A DNA stretch of 63,808 nucleotides, counting the filler, from Olpidium bornovanus S191 (Eukaryota > Fungi > Olpidiomycota), in the NCBI GenBank assembly GCA_017911155.1. It is 32 parts of 32 records of this genome, joined end to end, with 100 filler letters (N's around TTAATTAATTAA, not from the genome) between each part and the next. Parts side by side here need not be neighbours in the genome. Positions count along the whole stretch, not along the records: positions 62,806 to 63,808 come from JAEFCI010005042.1; 31 more parts are not named here. The stretch is one strand, 5' to 3'. Below the pieces are notes generated by a model, which had not been told where the DNA came from, searched no databases, and saw nothing but the letters and a program-made list of their open reading frames with translations. A program made the position numbers and the translations under genes. Below, piece by piece: positions 63,796 through 63,808 of this stretch. Positions within the stretch are counted from its first letter, which is position 1; every line of letters begins with the position of its first letter.

Positions 63796-63808
63796 GGGGA
63801 AGAAAAAA

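Overview
This window is not contiguous DNA. It consists of 32 short eukaryotic contigs (about 1-3.7 kb) joined by 31 artificial N-TTAATTAATTAA-N linkers. Many contigs end in long poly-G/C/A tracts, and 16 of the 64 ends carry CATG. The genes are GC-rich, intron-rich and fungal: UNC-50, SMARCD/BAF60, LSM2, chitin synthase, midasin, RPS2, a bromodomain C-terminus, a triple-SH3 protein, an AMO1/NUP42-like FG nucleoporin, EFL1, a PhoD-like phosphatase, a sphingolipid desaturase, a MYST acetyltransferase, a cold-shock domain, UBFD1, a KH-like protein and tRNA-Gly(GCC). A TTBK-like kinase and a C2CD6-like C2 protein suggest a zoosporic, early-diverging fungus (Olpidium-like is a guess only). The most striking content is mobile DNA: (1) a Ty1/copia pol with a chromodomain in frame just upstream of RT; (2) an AT-rich Polinton/Maverick-type protein-primed DNA polymerase relic split by a 504-bp solo LTR with a perfect 5-bp TSD; (3) a Bianca-like copia element whose primer-binding site (PBS) matches half of tRNA-Ile with inosine apparently copied as C, plus a second LTR copy upstream of UNC-50; and (4) three more copia 5' ends with half-tRNA-iMet PBSs. 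A secreted acidic-repeat protein with Kex2-type sites and a bacterial-like metallopeptidase are candidate effectors. All family assignments come from motif recognition by eye; no searches were run.
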